This document shows positions 1 through 11,949 of a stretch of DNA of 64,000 bases, in pieces (positions within the stretch are counted from its first letter, which is position 1; each line of letters starts with the position of its first letter). Where the stretch lies: positions 1 through 64,000 of the forward strand of contig NW_021836129.1 in NCBI RefSeq assembly GCF_006345805.1. The letters run 5' to 3'. The DNA is from Octopus sinensis. Its lineage: Eukaryota. The position numbers and the translations under genes are program-made. The notes beneath the pieces were generated by a model that worked only from the letters and a program-made list of their open reading frames with translations, ran no database searches and was not told the origin of the DNA.

Positions 1-282
1 TACTCTTTCACATTTTCAACGTGTTTATGTGCCAATAATACAATAAGTTGTGCTTTTTTGCTCTATAGTTTGATAGATTTCTATTCTGTTTTTTAATTGA
101 TTTTGATTAAAATAATCATTATTTTTAAAACATTTTTTGAAATAATCAGTTAATTTCAAATTTTCTTATTTCTTAAACCTTTCCAAGTAAACTATATTTT
201 TTCCTTTTCCCTTTTTATTCCACCTCTGATTCATAGATTTTTATTAACGTCTTTTAATGAAATCAATGTTTATTTTGTGTAA

Positions 283-700
283 CTAATTATCGGCAGAGGA
301 CAAGATGGAATGGCAATTCCCACGCAAGATGGCTATTGAATGCGTTGGAAAAAGCCATGTCCGTTCTCGATGATCGTTTTTCCTTTGCTTGCCAGATTCC
401 CCAATTTAATGAGAAATTTTTTAGTTGGGACCGAGGACACCCGAAGTCTCCACTGCGACCGGGGCGAAGATATAACGGTGCAATAAGGCGCCGTATTTTT
501 TGATCTTCAGTGTTTCTGCCAGGTTATTTGCGGAGCCCGGCTCTGAAGCTGACGTCAAGATGTTCCCGGCGGAGAAGTTATCCGTACAAGTAGCGTCCCA
601 GATGAGAGACTTGCCATTTTCAAATGGGAAGGTCGTTAGACCATCAGGACGTTGAAATCTAAACTCATTCCAAGTTGAAATCTAAACTCATAATATGTCA
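283..700 (-). mobile_element. CRE-like non-LTR retrotransposon, 3' restriction-like endonuclease fragment (frameshifted copy)
   Basis: Same sequence as 15968-16390 (RPDG..LIWDAT..AETLKIKKY..FAPVAVETSG) with indels. Confidence 0.8.
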
Positions 701-2198
701 CAGGCTAGGGTGTTACCGAGCGCTACGGGTTACCGAATGGACACTGTTTTTTATAAAAATGGCTTGAGAAGACGCATTGCGTCAATTTGGGCTATTTTCG
801 AATTATTAAACAGTTCTACTCACATTCAAAAATTATTGATTATATTCTGAAATTTGCCATTTCTCAAATTCGCCGCAAAAAATGACGGAACCAAAAAATG
901 GCGAATTTCAAAATAATATTCAAATAAATTTTCAAGTAATAACTCCTTTCAGTAAATATTTTTAGTCCAAAAAATTATTGTCTACAAACCCTCCAATTAC
1001 GCCATTCATTGCAAGGAGATGTAGAGACAGATACATTGCGGATTTAATTGACCTCAAAATATACGATTTAAATAGAAAAGTATCAATTTATAACAAAAAA
1101 ATTACTCACGGGTTCAACAGTACATATGAGGATAATGGAAACATAGAGGGTGGATGATGGTATGTGAGTTGAGTTGATTCAAGGACTTCGAATATTTCTT
1201 TAATCACTCTCAATATGTTTTTCAGAAAAAAGAATTTCTTCACTGTTAAAATGTCATGATAGTCTCAATATTCCTAACAGAGTGATAGCGGGGCTGGGAA
1301 GCATTTCAGTTTAATTTTTGTAATTAAAATAATCATAATTTTAGAAAAAATATTTCTTTGAAAAAGATTAAAAGATCCCTTTTTCAAAATATCTGATAAT
1401 CATTTTGCTTACGTAGCGATTTTACATTTTATTCTAAAATTATGTTAAACATGATTGGCTAACTATTTTACCTTGAAATTTGTAGAAAAATTTTTAACAT
1501 AAATTATTTAATTAAAAAAAGTTTTTAATTTTGTTTAAAGTGTTAGAATCCAACCGAAATTTCTCCAAAATATTAACTATTTATTCTGTAAAAATATTTT
1601 TATTATTCTATGTCATTGTTTTTGTCATCCACACTGTTTATTCACGGCTCCATAATTTGGTGGAAGCTCGGTTCTAGCCGGATTTTAATATATTTCCAAA
1701 ACAATTTTTGTTTTTCTATTCTTTTGAATTACAAATAAAAACCACAGATTCGCTCTTCGTGTTTATTCTTCCCTTAAAATTTATTAAAAATGTATATTTT
1801 CATGATCATATTTTTATTGAAATTAACACGTATCACGAGGACGTCCTGTAACCTAACGCTGGAACTGAATTTTTTTCAAAAAGTATAAATGTCTTGCGTC
1901 GATCAAAGGTTTTCTAAATTTTATTTAATCCTATTTTTGTACTTGTTAAACATTGTTGTACCATTCTTTTTAAAACTTGACAAATTAACCAATGTATTAA
2001 AAATAGTACATTTATCCACTACTAATACAATTAATATGAATAATATCTCAAAAATAGTTCAAAAAATATTCTTTCAATCCCATTTGGTTGTGAGTGATTG
2101 CTTTATTAAGAACATACATTATTTGATCATCCTAAGTAATAAAGATAACAATATACAATATGTATGTCTCGTGCATTGAATGCTTTGTTGTTATATCC

Positions 2199-3060
2199 CA
2201 GGGGTCGGCAAATACTTTTGGAGAAGAGCCAATTTTGAACATTTTTGGAAATTTCGAAAATTGAAGAGCCACCTTTTACCACTTGTCAAAAATTTTAATT
2301 CATAAAATAAATAGACATTAATTTAAAAAATAATTAAAAATTCATTTTAAAAAATTAAATTAATTAGACGCATTAATGAGAAATGTGATTCCTCATTTCT
2401 TTGGAGAGTTGGTTAATTTCTAGGTCGTAAGTCGTTAATTTTAATCTGAGGTTAGATTCCAAATTCGAATCTGTAATTTTGTTCCTTAATTTCGATTTAT
2501 ATAATTCATATGAGAAAAACTTTGTTCACACATATAAGTGGACCCGAATATTGTAAAAAATTCCGTATGCAAATTTTTTTAATTCATAATAAGAATCTGG
2601 AAGAGAATTCAAAGTTTCGAGAATCACATCTTCAAGTTTCTTTGTATAACATTAATATCATTTTTAATTTTACCAGAAAATGTTTCTGTTTCAAGGTTTC
2701 AAGTAATTCTGAAAGACGAATAAATTTTGATGCCCATAATTCCTTACATGTCAAGTCCAATAGCTGCATTTCGAACTCAGCTGCGTTGATTTCAAATGGC
2801 AATAAATTTAAATTGCGGACTTTAGCACTTAGGGGTTTATAACGAACGATAGTGTTGCTTTTTCTTTTCTAAAATCCAATATTTGCAGTCCTGGCATTGT
2901 CAGACCAGCATTTAAGAGCAGAATTCTCGAACTGATTATTCTTTGTAAGTTCTTCTACAGCTTTCTTTCGGGAATCACCCAAATTAAAGACATCCAGCTC
3001 AAAACGCCCAGTAATATTTCGACACAAAACAGAAAATATTAACATTTTAATACTCCCCAA
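2199..3060 (-). mobile_element. Buster/GTF2IRD2-type hAT remnant (3' half plus one TIR)
   Basis: TIR CAGGGGTCGGCAAA at 2199; minus strand encodes EFEMQLLD and IFGSTY.CEQSFSHMN dimerisation-domain motifs; copy at 17900-18765. Confidence 0.8.
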
Positions 3061-4861
3061 GTTTTTTAATTCCTAAGATTAACTTATAAATTCTTCACCT
3101 AAACATAGAAAACCAAAATGTCATCATTCCCGCCACAAACATCTTCCACCAACGAATAGTTCACAAAAACTGAGTTAAACAGTCATCGTTAGCAAAAAAT
3201 CACGGATAGGACAGTGCATTCCACGTCACTCCGTAACAAAATATTAAGACCTACAAAACTATACAATCTTCATTATTACCTGATAAATCCATATTTTAGA
3301 TTTATAATTTTAAACTGAAATAAGGGTATTCCTTTTTAAGTGGAGTCTCCCCTTTTTGAATATAAAAGTGCAATCTACATTATTATTTTATTAAATATAA
3401 AATAATATTTCCGACATAAAAGATATTGATAAAATTCTCTGAAGTTTAGGGATTGAGCAACCTACTTTCTCATCATCGATGTCGAGTTTAATTTGTAAAT
3501 CTCAATTTTTTATTTAATAAATGTGATAGGATTTTTTAATTATCAACTTATTAAAGAATTTTATTTTTTAAATAAAATCTAGAAATTAAACAGTTTAATG
3601 AATAATCTAAAAATTACTCTCTGAAAAATATCAAAACCTTCTCATTTGAAGTGGTACAATTGGTTCTTCTGCATTTCCAATAAAATTATATAATTCAGAA
3701 AAAATTTAAAAACTTTACTTTTTGAAGAAATTTAGAACTTTAATAAAAATAAATTAACAAAAAACCTTATAAATAATTTTAAACACGAATAGAAGAATCT
3801 TGTTATTATTTTTGGATAGATTATATATAAAGTAACTATTTTCTTTTTTATCCTGGTCATAAAAAAATACAAATAACATTCTCTCTATTTTTAAATGAGC
3901 CTGTTGTAACCAATAAAACGGAGGAAGATGTGCTGATGTGTTAGGGTATTGACAATAAACAATAATCATTTTATTCATTACCTGTTTTTTGATTAGTTCC
4001 AACAAAAATCTAAAATAGTGTTAGTTAGATTGTACATAAGAAGATTATCCATAATTTTAATATAATTATTATTTTCAGCTTTTGAAGGAAGATTAAATTC
4101 CCAGAAATATAGAATACATGTTTTTCGTCAACAAAACCTGAATTTTTATTCCCCAATTTATTCACCGCCATGTGAGTATACATCTAAATATGACTGTATT
4201 AATTTGAAATTATAATAAATTGAATATTGGCGATTATTATTTTTCTCTTCGTCATAATACGTGAATTCTTACACATTAATATTTATCAGTTTTACCATTT
4301 GAGTCATGAAGTGGAATAAGAGATGAATTACTGAAGCTGTGGGTTTCATTCATCGTTTTTTTGAATAAATAATTCGTTAATATATTGATATAATATATAC
4401 GCATTTTGAATTATTGCGATATTAATATTTCCGGATTGAGTTTATGATTTAAATATTTTAATTTATTTGATTCAAGTACATCAAAGGAGATCACAAACTA
4501 GGGCCAATGGACAGCTTCAAAGTTTATGTCATTCCTTTGTGAAAAGATGGGACTGATTGTTGACCAATTATTGAAAGGATTACTAAAACAAGTGATGTAG
4601 AAAATCTCTTTAGTCAACTATTTTTAAAAGAACTCTGAAGATTAACAGTTTTAATATTCACCCAAACAAGTCCTTTCCTGACATTTAGTCACCAGAAAGG
4701 ACTAGACTCCACCTATTAGGATATTTATACAGAAAATGGGAAAGAGATTTTTGTAGTTTCTCTTTGTTGAATATAAAGGAGCAATACTTGATTACAAAAT
4801 TAATTAAATAAAATAGAAATCCTTTTTGTAAAATCAAATTAAAATACAAAATCAAAGTCAT

Positions 4862-5621
4862 CTAAATAAATGGGATTCCGATCCAGGTAGTATTCCTATA
4901 TACCTGGTATTGTGATCCAAAAAATGACAGTAAAAGAGCTTCTTCGTTATTAATCCGTTTCTTAAAAAAATAAAGCATCCAACAAAAAAACAGAACAGTC
5001 GAAAACGGATTAACCAACGTAATCTATAACAATAATAACAAATCTTGAATATCTGAGTCCCAACAGAGAAATAAAAAAATCCAACATAAGCAGGATGCCG
5101 AAAATACTTCTAGACTCCATTTTTTATTAAATCATGATCCCGACGTAGTTTGAATTCTATTTGATGACTATAGTTACTCCCGAGTGTTAGGATCGAGACC
5201 TTTCTCAATAAATCTGCCAACAAAGAAATCAATATTCCCAAAATCGATAAAATTTTAAAAATTTCTCTAAAGCCTTGGAAATATAAAAAAAGATGAAAAA
5301 CCGGGAAATAAGAAAATAGAAACATAATATTCAAAAATTGCTATTCCCATCGCATGAAAGTAATCTCCATTTGTAAAAAGAAACGATTCGTTCGAAAAAT
5401 CATAAACTTTTGCAACATTGGCACATATAAATTCTAAATAATGAAACATGCACAGTTGTATGAGAAATATTCCAAATAGTATATGCTTTGATCAAAATAG
5501 TACAAAAAAGAGCCCAATGGACAAAGCTAATCCCAAAATCGTTAAGTTTTTTTTATAGTCTACAAAAATTGAATTAAAAATGAAACGTTTTTATATTCAG
5601 AATAATTATTTTGAGGTCCAT
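4862..5621 (-). pseudogene. ICMT: Isoprenylcysteine carboxyl methyltransferase (ICMT/STE14) pseudogene
   Basis: Spliced translation FHYLEF..NESFL..FP|G..LRK..LGSNYSH..DHDLIKNGV*KYFRHPAYVG..GTQ|..NP..RINNEEALLLSFFGSQY..GIPFI matches ICMT as I recall it. Lesions: TAG at 5110-5112, TGA at 5489-5491, and intron 5024-5052 begins AT instead of GT. Intact 28-nt intron at 5274-5301. Confidence 0.85.
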
Positions 5622-6471
5622 TTTTTAGGATAAAATAAACCGAAATTGTGTCAAAGAAAATTAAGAATGCCAAATAAGCATTCTTGAGGTAAAAAATAAG
5701 TATAATTGAAGAGCTTAATAAAAAAGAAATCAATGAGAATATTAATGAAGTATTGTGGAAATCGTTCTAATTTTTTATTATAAATAAAAAAAACGTTAAA
5801 AATCATTTCTGGTCAGTCCACAAGAAGTGATAATCTGGTATTTAGAATTTATTTATCAAACACGATTTCATTTTAATTTGAAATAAATTTTAATAATATT
5901 ATAGTATTGAAATAATTTATTACCAACATAAAACTAATCAACGTAGAGCCCTATAGATTTCTACAACCAGTATATAGAATATTCAATTTATAGATTGGAA
6001 TAAAAGATTTATTTATTAGGAATCTGTAGTTCGTTATGTGCAACTTCTTTCTGATAGTGTCGATGTTTTCTCTTTTCAAGAGAGTGTTAATGATCATCTT
6101 ATCTTACGAGCAGGGGAAATCCCTTATTTGGACATTTACTCTGTTAGAAAATGTTGGATCAAATGAACCCAAAGTAGAGGAATTATGGAATCGACTAATC
6201 GACCTCATCAACAAATCTCTATCCCCTTTCAAAGCATATTCCACGTTTTATAATAAATAATCTCGCCAACTCTGACATTGTGGCAATGATAGAGTTTCAT
6301 TAACCGTGCTTACTAGTTCAAGGAAATAAGACCAGGAACAAAAGACCGGTGTGAAAATACGGAACACTATCGATGCCCTGATAAGTTACCAAGCACAGAT
6401 TGAGAAGGAAATGCCCAACTTGACCATTATTGCGTGCTACTACATAAATACGGAAAATCTCAGTGTGTTTA

Positions 6472-6643
6472 GTTTATAAGACACTGACGAGAGCTGGTGA
6501 GTCATGTGGTCGAAGAATGTGTAGGGACTCTGTCCACCACGGGACATTTCACCAACTTTATTTTCTCAATAGATCTATGTAGTTGGGAAAAGCCAGATTG
6601 CTAGATAAAGTGCGGAGTGGCCATGATATGCGCTCTAAACTAT
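6472..6643 (+). pseudogene. DNAH1: Axonemal dynein heavy chain (DNAH1-like) C-terminal fragment
   Basis: YKTLTRA|28-nt intron 6497-6524|GTLSTTGHFTNFIFSIDL..PDC*IKCGVAMICALNY; TAG at 6602-6604 where Trp is expected; paralogous to 41616-41770. Confidence 0.85.
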
Positions 6644-6649
6644 ATTAAC

Positions 6650-7417
6650 CTAAATGCGCGATCGTTCTCAGCCTGCAATCACTCTCAACCGGTGACATTA
6701 TTTAATTAACAACTGGATTATTTGAGATATTAGTCGAGTCGTCGTCTTCACTTTATCTCCGTTTTTTAGTCTTATTAAACTCTCATTTCTTTATATTGTC
6801 CGCATTGAAGTTTTTGTTAATTCTGGTTTGGATTCCGCGAAATATTCTCCTCAATTTCTGTGCGAGTTTGTGACTTTATTCTAGAATGTCAAATTTACTC
6901 TTTCGTTACTGTCTGGGAACTACAAACTTATTTTTTTGATCTTCTTCTAGGCTTGGTGGATACCCTGTAGTTTAGAAGTGACTGCGTAATCGACTTGATA
7001 TCACGATATGGTTTATTTAGTTTATTTTTTCGACAAGTCTCGTCTCTAATGTGCTGTGAAATGATGCTTGCGGCTGCATTTATCCATTTGATTTGTTCGT
7101 ATATTTGTACCCACTACGTTCCCATCGAGTTATCTTCCTTGTTATGTGGCCTGTTGGGTAACAAAGAAAAGTACAGAAGAGGGGAAATAATCCTGTGGTA
7201 AATAAGAGTGATTAAGTTTAATGCGTTTGCTCTCAGTCAATTTTCTTCCTTTTCGAGCCAGCGCTTGGCTCTGCGGTCATTCTCAGTTTGATGGGCACAC
7301 TCGGCAAAGCTTACTCCGTTGTTCCGTTTATAAACCAATCCATTAGGGATTCTTCCGGCCGGACCATTCCAAACTTATGTTTTGCACATATATTCTCCAA
7401 TGTTCTCCAGATAACCA
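6650..7417 (-). mobile_element. Degenerate insertion, possibly LTR-retrotransposon gag-like fragment
   Basis: Absent from the paralogous block near 41610; flanked by 17-nt direct repeats; minus strand has CAKHKFG..EESLMDWFING and a CSRKHH..H Cys/His motif. Weak similarity only. Confidence 0.3.
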
Positions 7418-7725
7418 CTCTAAACTATATTAACTCGTCATTCGTTTTTGAGAATTGGTTTGTTTAACACTTTTTAATTAGTCTAAACTATTAACATTTG
7501 ATTCATCGCTAATTTCATTATTTGGATTTTCTCACACTTTCTATTGCTTAGTTAAGACCTCTCACACTTTATTTTTTATGTAAATGCTTTAAAAGGAATA
7601 ATCTGAGATGTAATTTTTTTAATGCTTACATTATCTGGAAATTCATCATGTGTATTTTTTTAGTTTATTCCTATAATCTGTTTATATATTAAAATTTTCG
7701 GTTTTGCAAATTGGTTTGTTTATCG

Positions 7726-7800
7726 CAGGGGTGGCCAACCTTTTTCACCGGCGAGCTACTTTTCATATTGCGATTTTTTGGCGATCGACTTATATATTTT
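7726..7800 (+). mobile_element. Isolated hAT terminus
   Basis: CAGGGGTGGCCAACC followed by GGCGAGCTACTTT, a Buster/Charlie-like end; no partner TIR found. Confidence 0.55.
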
Positions 7801-7838
7801 ATCGCTGCTTTTCTGCACTGTTTTTTGATTGAGGGAAA

Positions 7839-9250
7839 CTATAAAAAGTAATCAAATTTGGGGATCACCAACCAACATTGATTTGCTAGATAAATGGTCC
7901 CTTTATCCAAATGTTGATCAGTTCGAGATTGATAGAAGACTCGTGATTGATCTAACATATAAATCAATTTATTTTGTTGAATATATGAATAGATAGGCTG
8001 GAAGGAAATAAAATTCATTGGATATTCATATGAATTATACGCGTTTCTGAGTGTGGAATTTGTTGTATCTTCAGATTCACCTTTAAAATACGTTTCTATC
8101 ACTGATACAGTGTGATTGTAGTTATTCGCCATGTATAGAGGCATGTATGTATCTCTTAATTACACTAATTGATTATTTTAAAATTCAATAGTGTCAAACG
8201 AGAGTATTTCGACGATGTAGTTCGTGCTAAAGTTATCGATATATAAATTCCATTTAACCTCGAACATTCGTCATCCAGTCAAGTAGCCTTTGGTGATTTC
8301 AGTGAGCTAGTAATCCTGAAGTAACTGTCATGAATACATCACGACAATATTTTTTCAGTACTCATTTCAATATTGTTGAATATTCCGTTTACTTTGATGA
8401 ATCTTGTGGAGATTATTCCTTTGACTTTTGTTTAGGTCTGGTCAAAAGTGAGGAATATGAGTCTAAAAATGTGATTTGATAAATATGGTTCTAAAGTCAT
8501 CAAGTGTTGCCCCGACTTTTCTCTTTCTCCGGAAGAGTGGGATTTTTTTGAGCTTTATAAAACCGAAGTCGTCGGAAAAAGTGTTAGCCATCATATTTGT
8601 GCTAATTTCTAATTAAAATTTAGTAACTCTGAAAATTCAGACTGATATTGTATAAGATAGACTGATATTATATTCTTTATGAAGTTCGTATGACTCCGTT
8701 CTAAACGATTTCAACAGCAAACGTAACTTTATAGTCTAGATCTATATATTCCGTTTTGAAAAAACCAAGAATTATTATTTGTAATCCGAAATATTAAAAA
8801 ATACTCATGTCCAAAACCTTAAGTAAATTTTGTTTTTTCTCCTTCATTTTCTAATGCTTGCATGCAAGGAAATGTCTATATTTTTTCAAGAATTTTATTG
8901 AGATGGAGAAAACTTTTTAGTGAAATTTTTATATTATTGAGATTAGTTCAATTTTTATTTCGATACAAAGTTCTGTTTATTGCTATGTTATCTCCTTGTC
9001 AATTACAATAGAATTTAACATTGTTTGTCAACATGATCCAAAATATTATTTGATGAGGTTTCTTGTCTGAGTTGGTAGAATTTGCAGCTGTTCGGATATT
9101 CCCACATCAAGTTGTAAAAAGTATGTTCAGTAATAAGTTTTTTAAAATTAATATCTTCTTTGAGGCAACTACACCGTTGACCCGTCATGTCTCGACATCT
9201 TTCCGCGTCGTATTTCATTAAAGAAGCTTATTCATTTAACAAGTCAACTG
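7839..9250 (-). pseudogene. Degenerate unidentified gene with Cys-containing segment, copy 1
   Basis: MKYDAERCRDMTGQRCSCLKE and NNYNHTVSVIETYF segments recur, inverted and roughly 75-80% identical by eye, at 39990-41050; multiple stops. Confidence 0.5.
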
Positions 9251-9989
9251 ATACTCGCAGTTTATTTCCTTTAGCGATAAGAAAATTTGTTTCCCTGACA
9301 TTTTTATCACAAAAATTATCGATTTTCATACCAAACAGATGTTTGGGATGTCTCAATTTTAATACACGATTTATTGATTTTGACGAATTCGCCATTTTAT
9401 GTCAATACAGTGGAAGTTGTGACTGTTGCTTGACTATAAAATCCATTTTTAATAACAATTAAGCCTATTGAATATTACTAACGACAATGTCAAATTCAAT
9501 GTCAATAGACAAATACTAAGTATTGGATAAACATATTTCGATTGGGGTTTAAAATGTTTATTTTAGAGCCGGTGTAAAATAAAAGAAATGAAAGAGAATT
9601 GGGATTTTAACATTCTGATGGAATACCATGACAGAAAATTGCTTCTTTTGTAATAATTATGTCACATCCCTTGGTTAGTGGGAACTACCTAGTCAGACAC
9701 TTTATTCTCACTATGTCATACCTTGCCTTAAATCAAAAGTCTACGACTCAAAGGAAGATTAACAAAAATTCTTAAATAATCTTTTCTATCTGTCAATTTT
9801 GATTACAAAGTAACTTTCGAATTAGTAAATTGATTAATTGATACAACTTTTATTTCAATTCTGACATGAAATTTAAATGATTAAATCCAGGAATGGAAGA
9901 ATTTAAAAAAATTTTACTTTTGCACAAATTATGACAAATAATAATTGTCTATGAATCAGAGGTTGGAATAAAAAGGGAAATTATTCGGT

Positions 9990-10664
9990 GATGAGTCATA
10001 TTCATGGTTACTCACAATTATCGACGTTTATTCTAAGTATGCCTACACAGAGAATTTGCGGAATAAAAGTGGGAAAGAAGTTGCGGAACAACTTAAAGAT
10101 TTATTTTTTGAAAACGGACCATGCAAATATCTTCAATCGGATAATGGGACAGAGTTTAAAAATTCTTACATACGGGAGATTTGTCAAAAATTCCAAATTC
10201 AGCAAATACATAGCCGACCAAATAACCCCAGGAGTCAAAGAATTGTTGAACGGTTCAATCAAACGATTACGAGAAGCTTATCTAAAATGATGTCGGAATC
10301 TTCAGAAAAATGTTGGACAAAGCATATTAAAGAGACAGTATATTTCTACAATTTAACCAAACATTCTTCTACAGGTTAAATTGTCACATTTTCAAACTTT
10401 TTAGGTGATGCTCCATTTCATAGATACCGCGGTATTAAAGGATCTAACCCATTAATTATTCATGATGATGTCTTTGAAGAAAAAACTGTTTCTAAACTTG
10501 GAAAAAACATTACTGAGGAAAGTGAGACTGGAGAACAAAGAAATCCATTAATTATGCATGTTGATGTTTGTGAAGAAGAAACTGAGAGCGAAATTATTGA
10601 AGAAAGTGATACTGCAAAAGAAGGAAACCATTATATAAAAGTTCATTTTCTCATTATTTTATAG
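9990..10664 (+). mobile_element. Retroviral-type DDE integrase without RT (KRBA2/SCAND3/Ginger-like), with a 30-nt intron
   Basis: IIDVYSKYA..LQSDNGTEF..HSRPNNPRSQRIVERFNQT..KHSSTG|intron 10375-10404|DAPFHRYRG; the 5' part is frameshifted. Confidence 0.85.
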
Positions 10665-10899
10665 ATCGCTACTATTTGAAATTAAAGAATATTTGAAATC
10701 CTATCCTCCTAAGAACTTGAAAGAAATTTCAGATATTATTTATGCTGGTCAAATTTCTTATGAAAATATATCCAATTCTTCTCGAATAAACAGTAAATTT
10801 GTTGAAAGTACATCTGAAAAAATTGAAACATTAAAAACAAATATGTCTATGGTAAATAATTTTCCTGTAATCCGTTTAGTGGTGACAACCTCGCTGGCC

Positions 10900-11163
10900 C
10901 ATATGTTACTAAAATAGATTTTGGTAATTGTGGATTCTTTTTCCAAATATGTAATGCTTGAACTGTCTGTGACAGAAATTGCAGATTTATTCCAAAGAAT
11001 TTTTTATTATGCCGGGCCTCGGCTTATTCTACACACTGATAATGAAAAAGAATTTTGCAATTCTCTAATGGATGTTCTATGTACTAAATATGGTATAAAA
11101 CATGTACGTGGGAGGCCTCATGCTCCTTTGATACAAGGGCAAGTCGAAAGGTTAATGATTTAA
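10900..11163 (+). mobile_element. Second integrase-core fragment
   Basis: IVDSFSKY..LHTDNEKEF..HVRGRPHAPLIQGQVER. Confidence 0.85.
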
Positions 11164-11309
11164 AATAGATTTGTAGATTTAATCAAAGCATAAAACGCTG
11201 GATATCATCGGCAAGTTCTTCTCAAAAATGTTTTGGACGATATTGCCCATTTTATATATTCATGGGTGTTGAAAATCCTGGAAGGATTGATGAAGCGGAA
11301 ATTTACAAC

Positions 11310-11819
11310 TTTTAGCTTATGATTCGACAGGATTATCAAATGTTCGATAAAGTGCATTAGAAAATTTAATAATTGCTGGCGAAAAAAAAGTTGAAAAAAG
11401 AAATTATCATAAAAATAGACATTACACACAGGAAGATTTATCTCTTTATTTCAAAACAAATCTAGGCCTTTTTGCATAATCTGCAAAATTTCTTTGGCCA
11501 ATAGTTCAATGAAATTATCAAGATTAATACACCATTTGAGGACTAGACATCCAAATCTAGTCAGATCTTCGCTTGAATATTTTCAAAATATAAAAAACAA
11601 GATTGATGAACCTACAACTCTTCAAAAGTTAATCACTCATCATGCTCTTGCGCGAAAAAGGTTGAGAATCACTGTTTTAGCTTATAATTCGACAGGATTA
11701 TCAAATGTTCGATAAAGTGCATTAGAAAATTTAATAATTGCTGGCGAAAAAAAAGTTGAAAAAAGAAATTATCATAAAAATAGACATTACATACAGCATG
11801 ATTTATCTCTTTATTTCAA
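11310..11819 (+). repeat. 145-bp direct repeat (11310-11454 and 11675-11819) enclosing a ZBED5/Buster BED-finger fragment
   Basis: Near-identical repeats read directly; the spacer encodes PFCIICKISLANSSMKLSRLIHHLRTRHP. Confidence 0.85.
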
Positions 11820-11949
11820 TGTTTCTCTGGGCTGCATAAACAAAATTCTGAGCACCATTTCATGGTTGCGGAGAGGGAGTCGCTGTGCGGAGTCGTGTGC
11901 ATATGCGATGAGTAGTTATGTGATGAATCTCTCGAAAAGCAAAAATCTT

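Larger units (their letters stand above)
2..3247 (+). repeat. Direct segmental duplication A, copy 1 (runs off the window start)
   Basis: Colinear with 15677-18955; differences are mostly single-base homopolymer indels; shared sequence ends at ...CAAAATATTAA. Confidence 0.95.

Noticed and set aside
1822-2198. piggyBac relic (TTAA-CACGTATCACGAGGACGTCCTG and a weak TTKW..IFF motif)
   Set aside because: No matching second TIR and the protein similarity is too weak to call.
3119-3237. Solo LTR or Ginger end (TGTCA...TAACA)
   Set aside because: No convincing 4-6 bp target duplication and no other copy outside duplication A.
4440-4800. Possible TRMT10-like fragment (MDSFKVYVI)
   Set aside because: One short motif with stops around it; not supportable.
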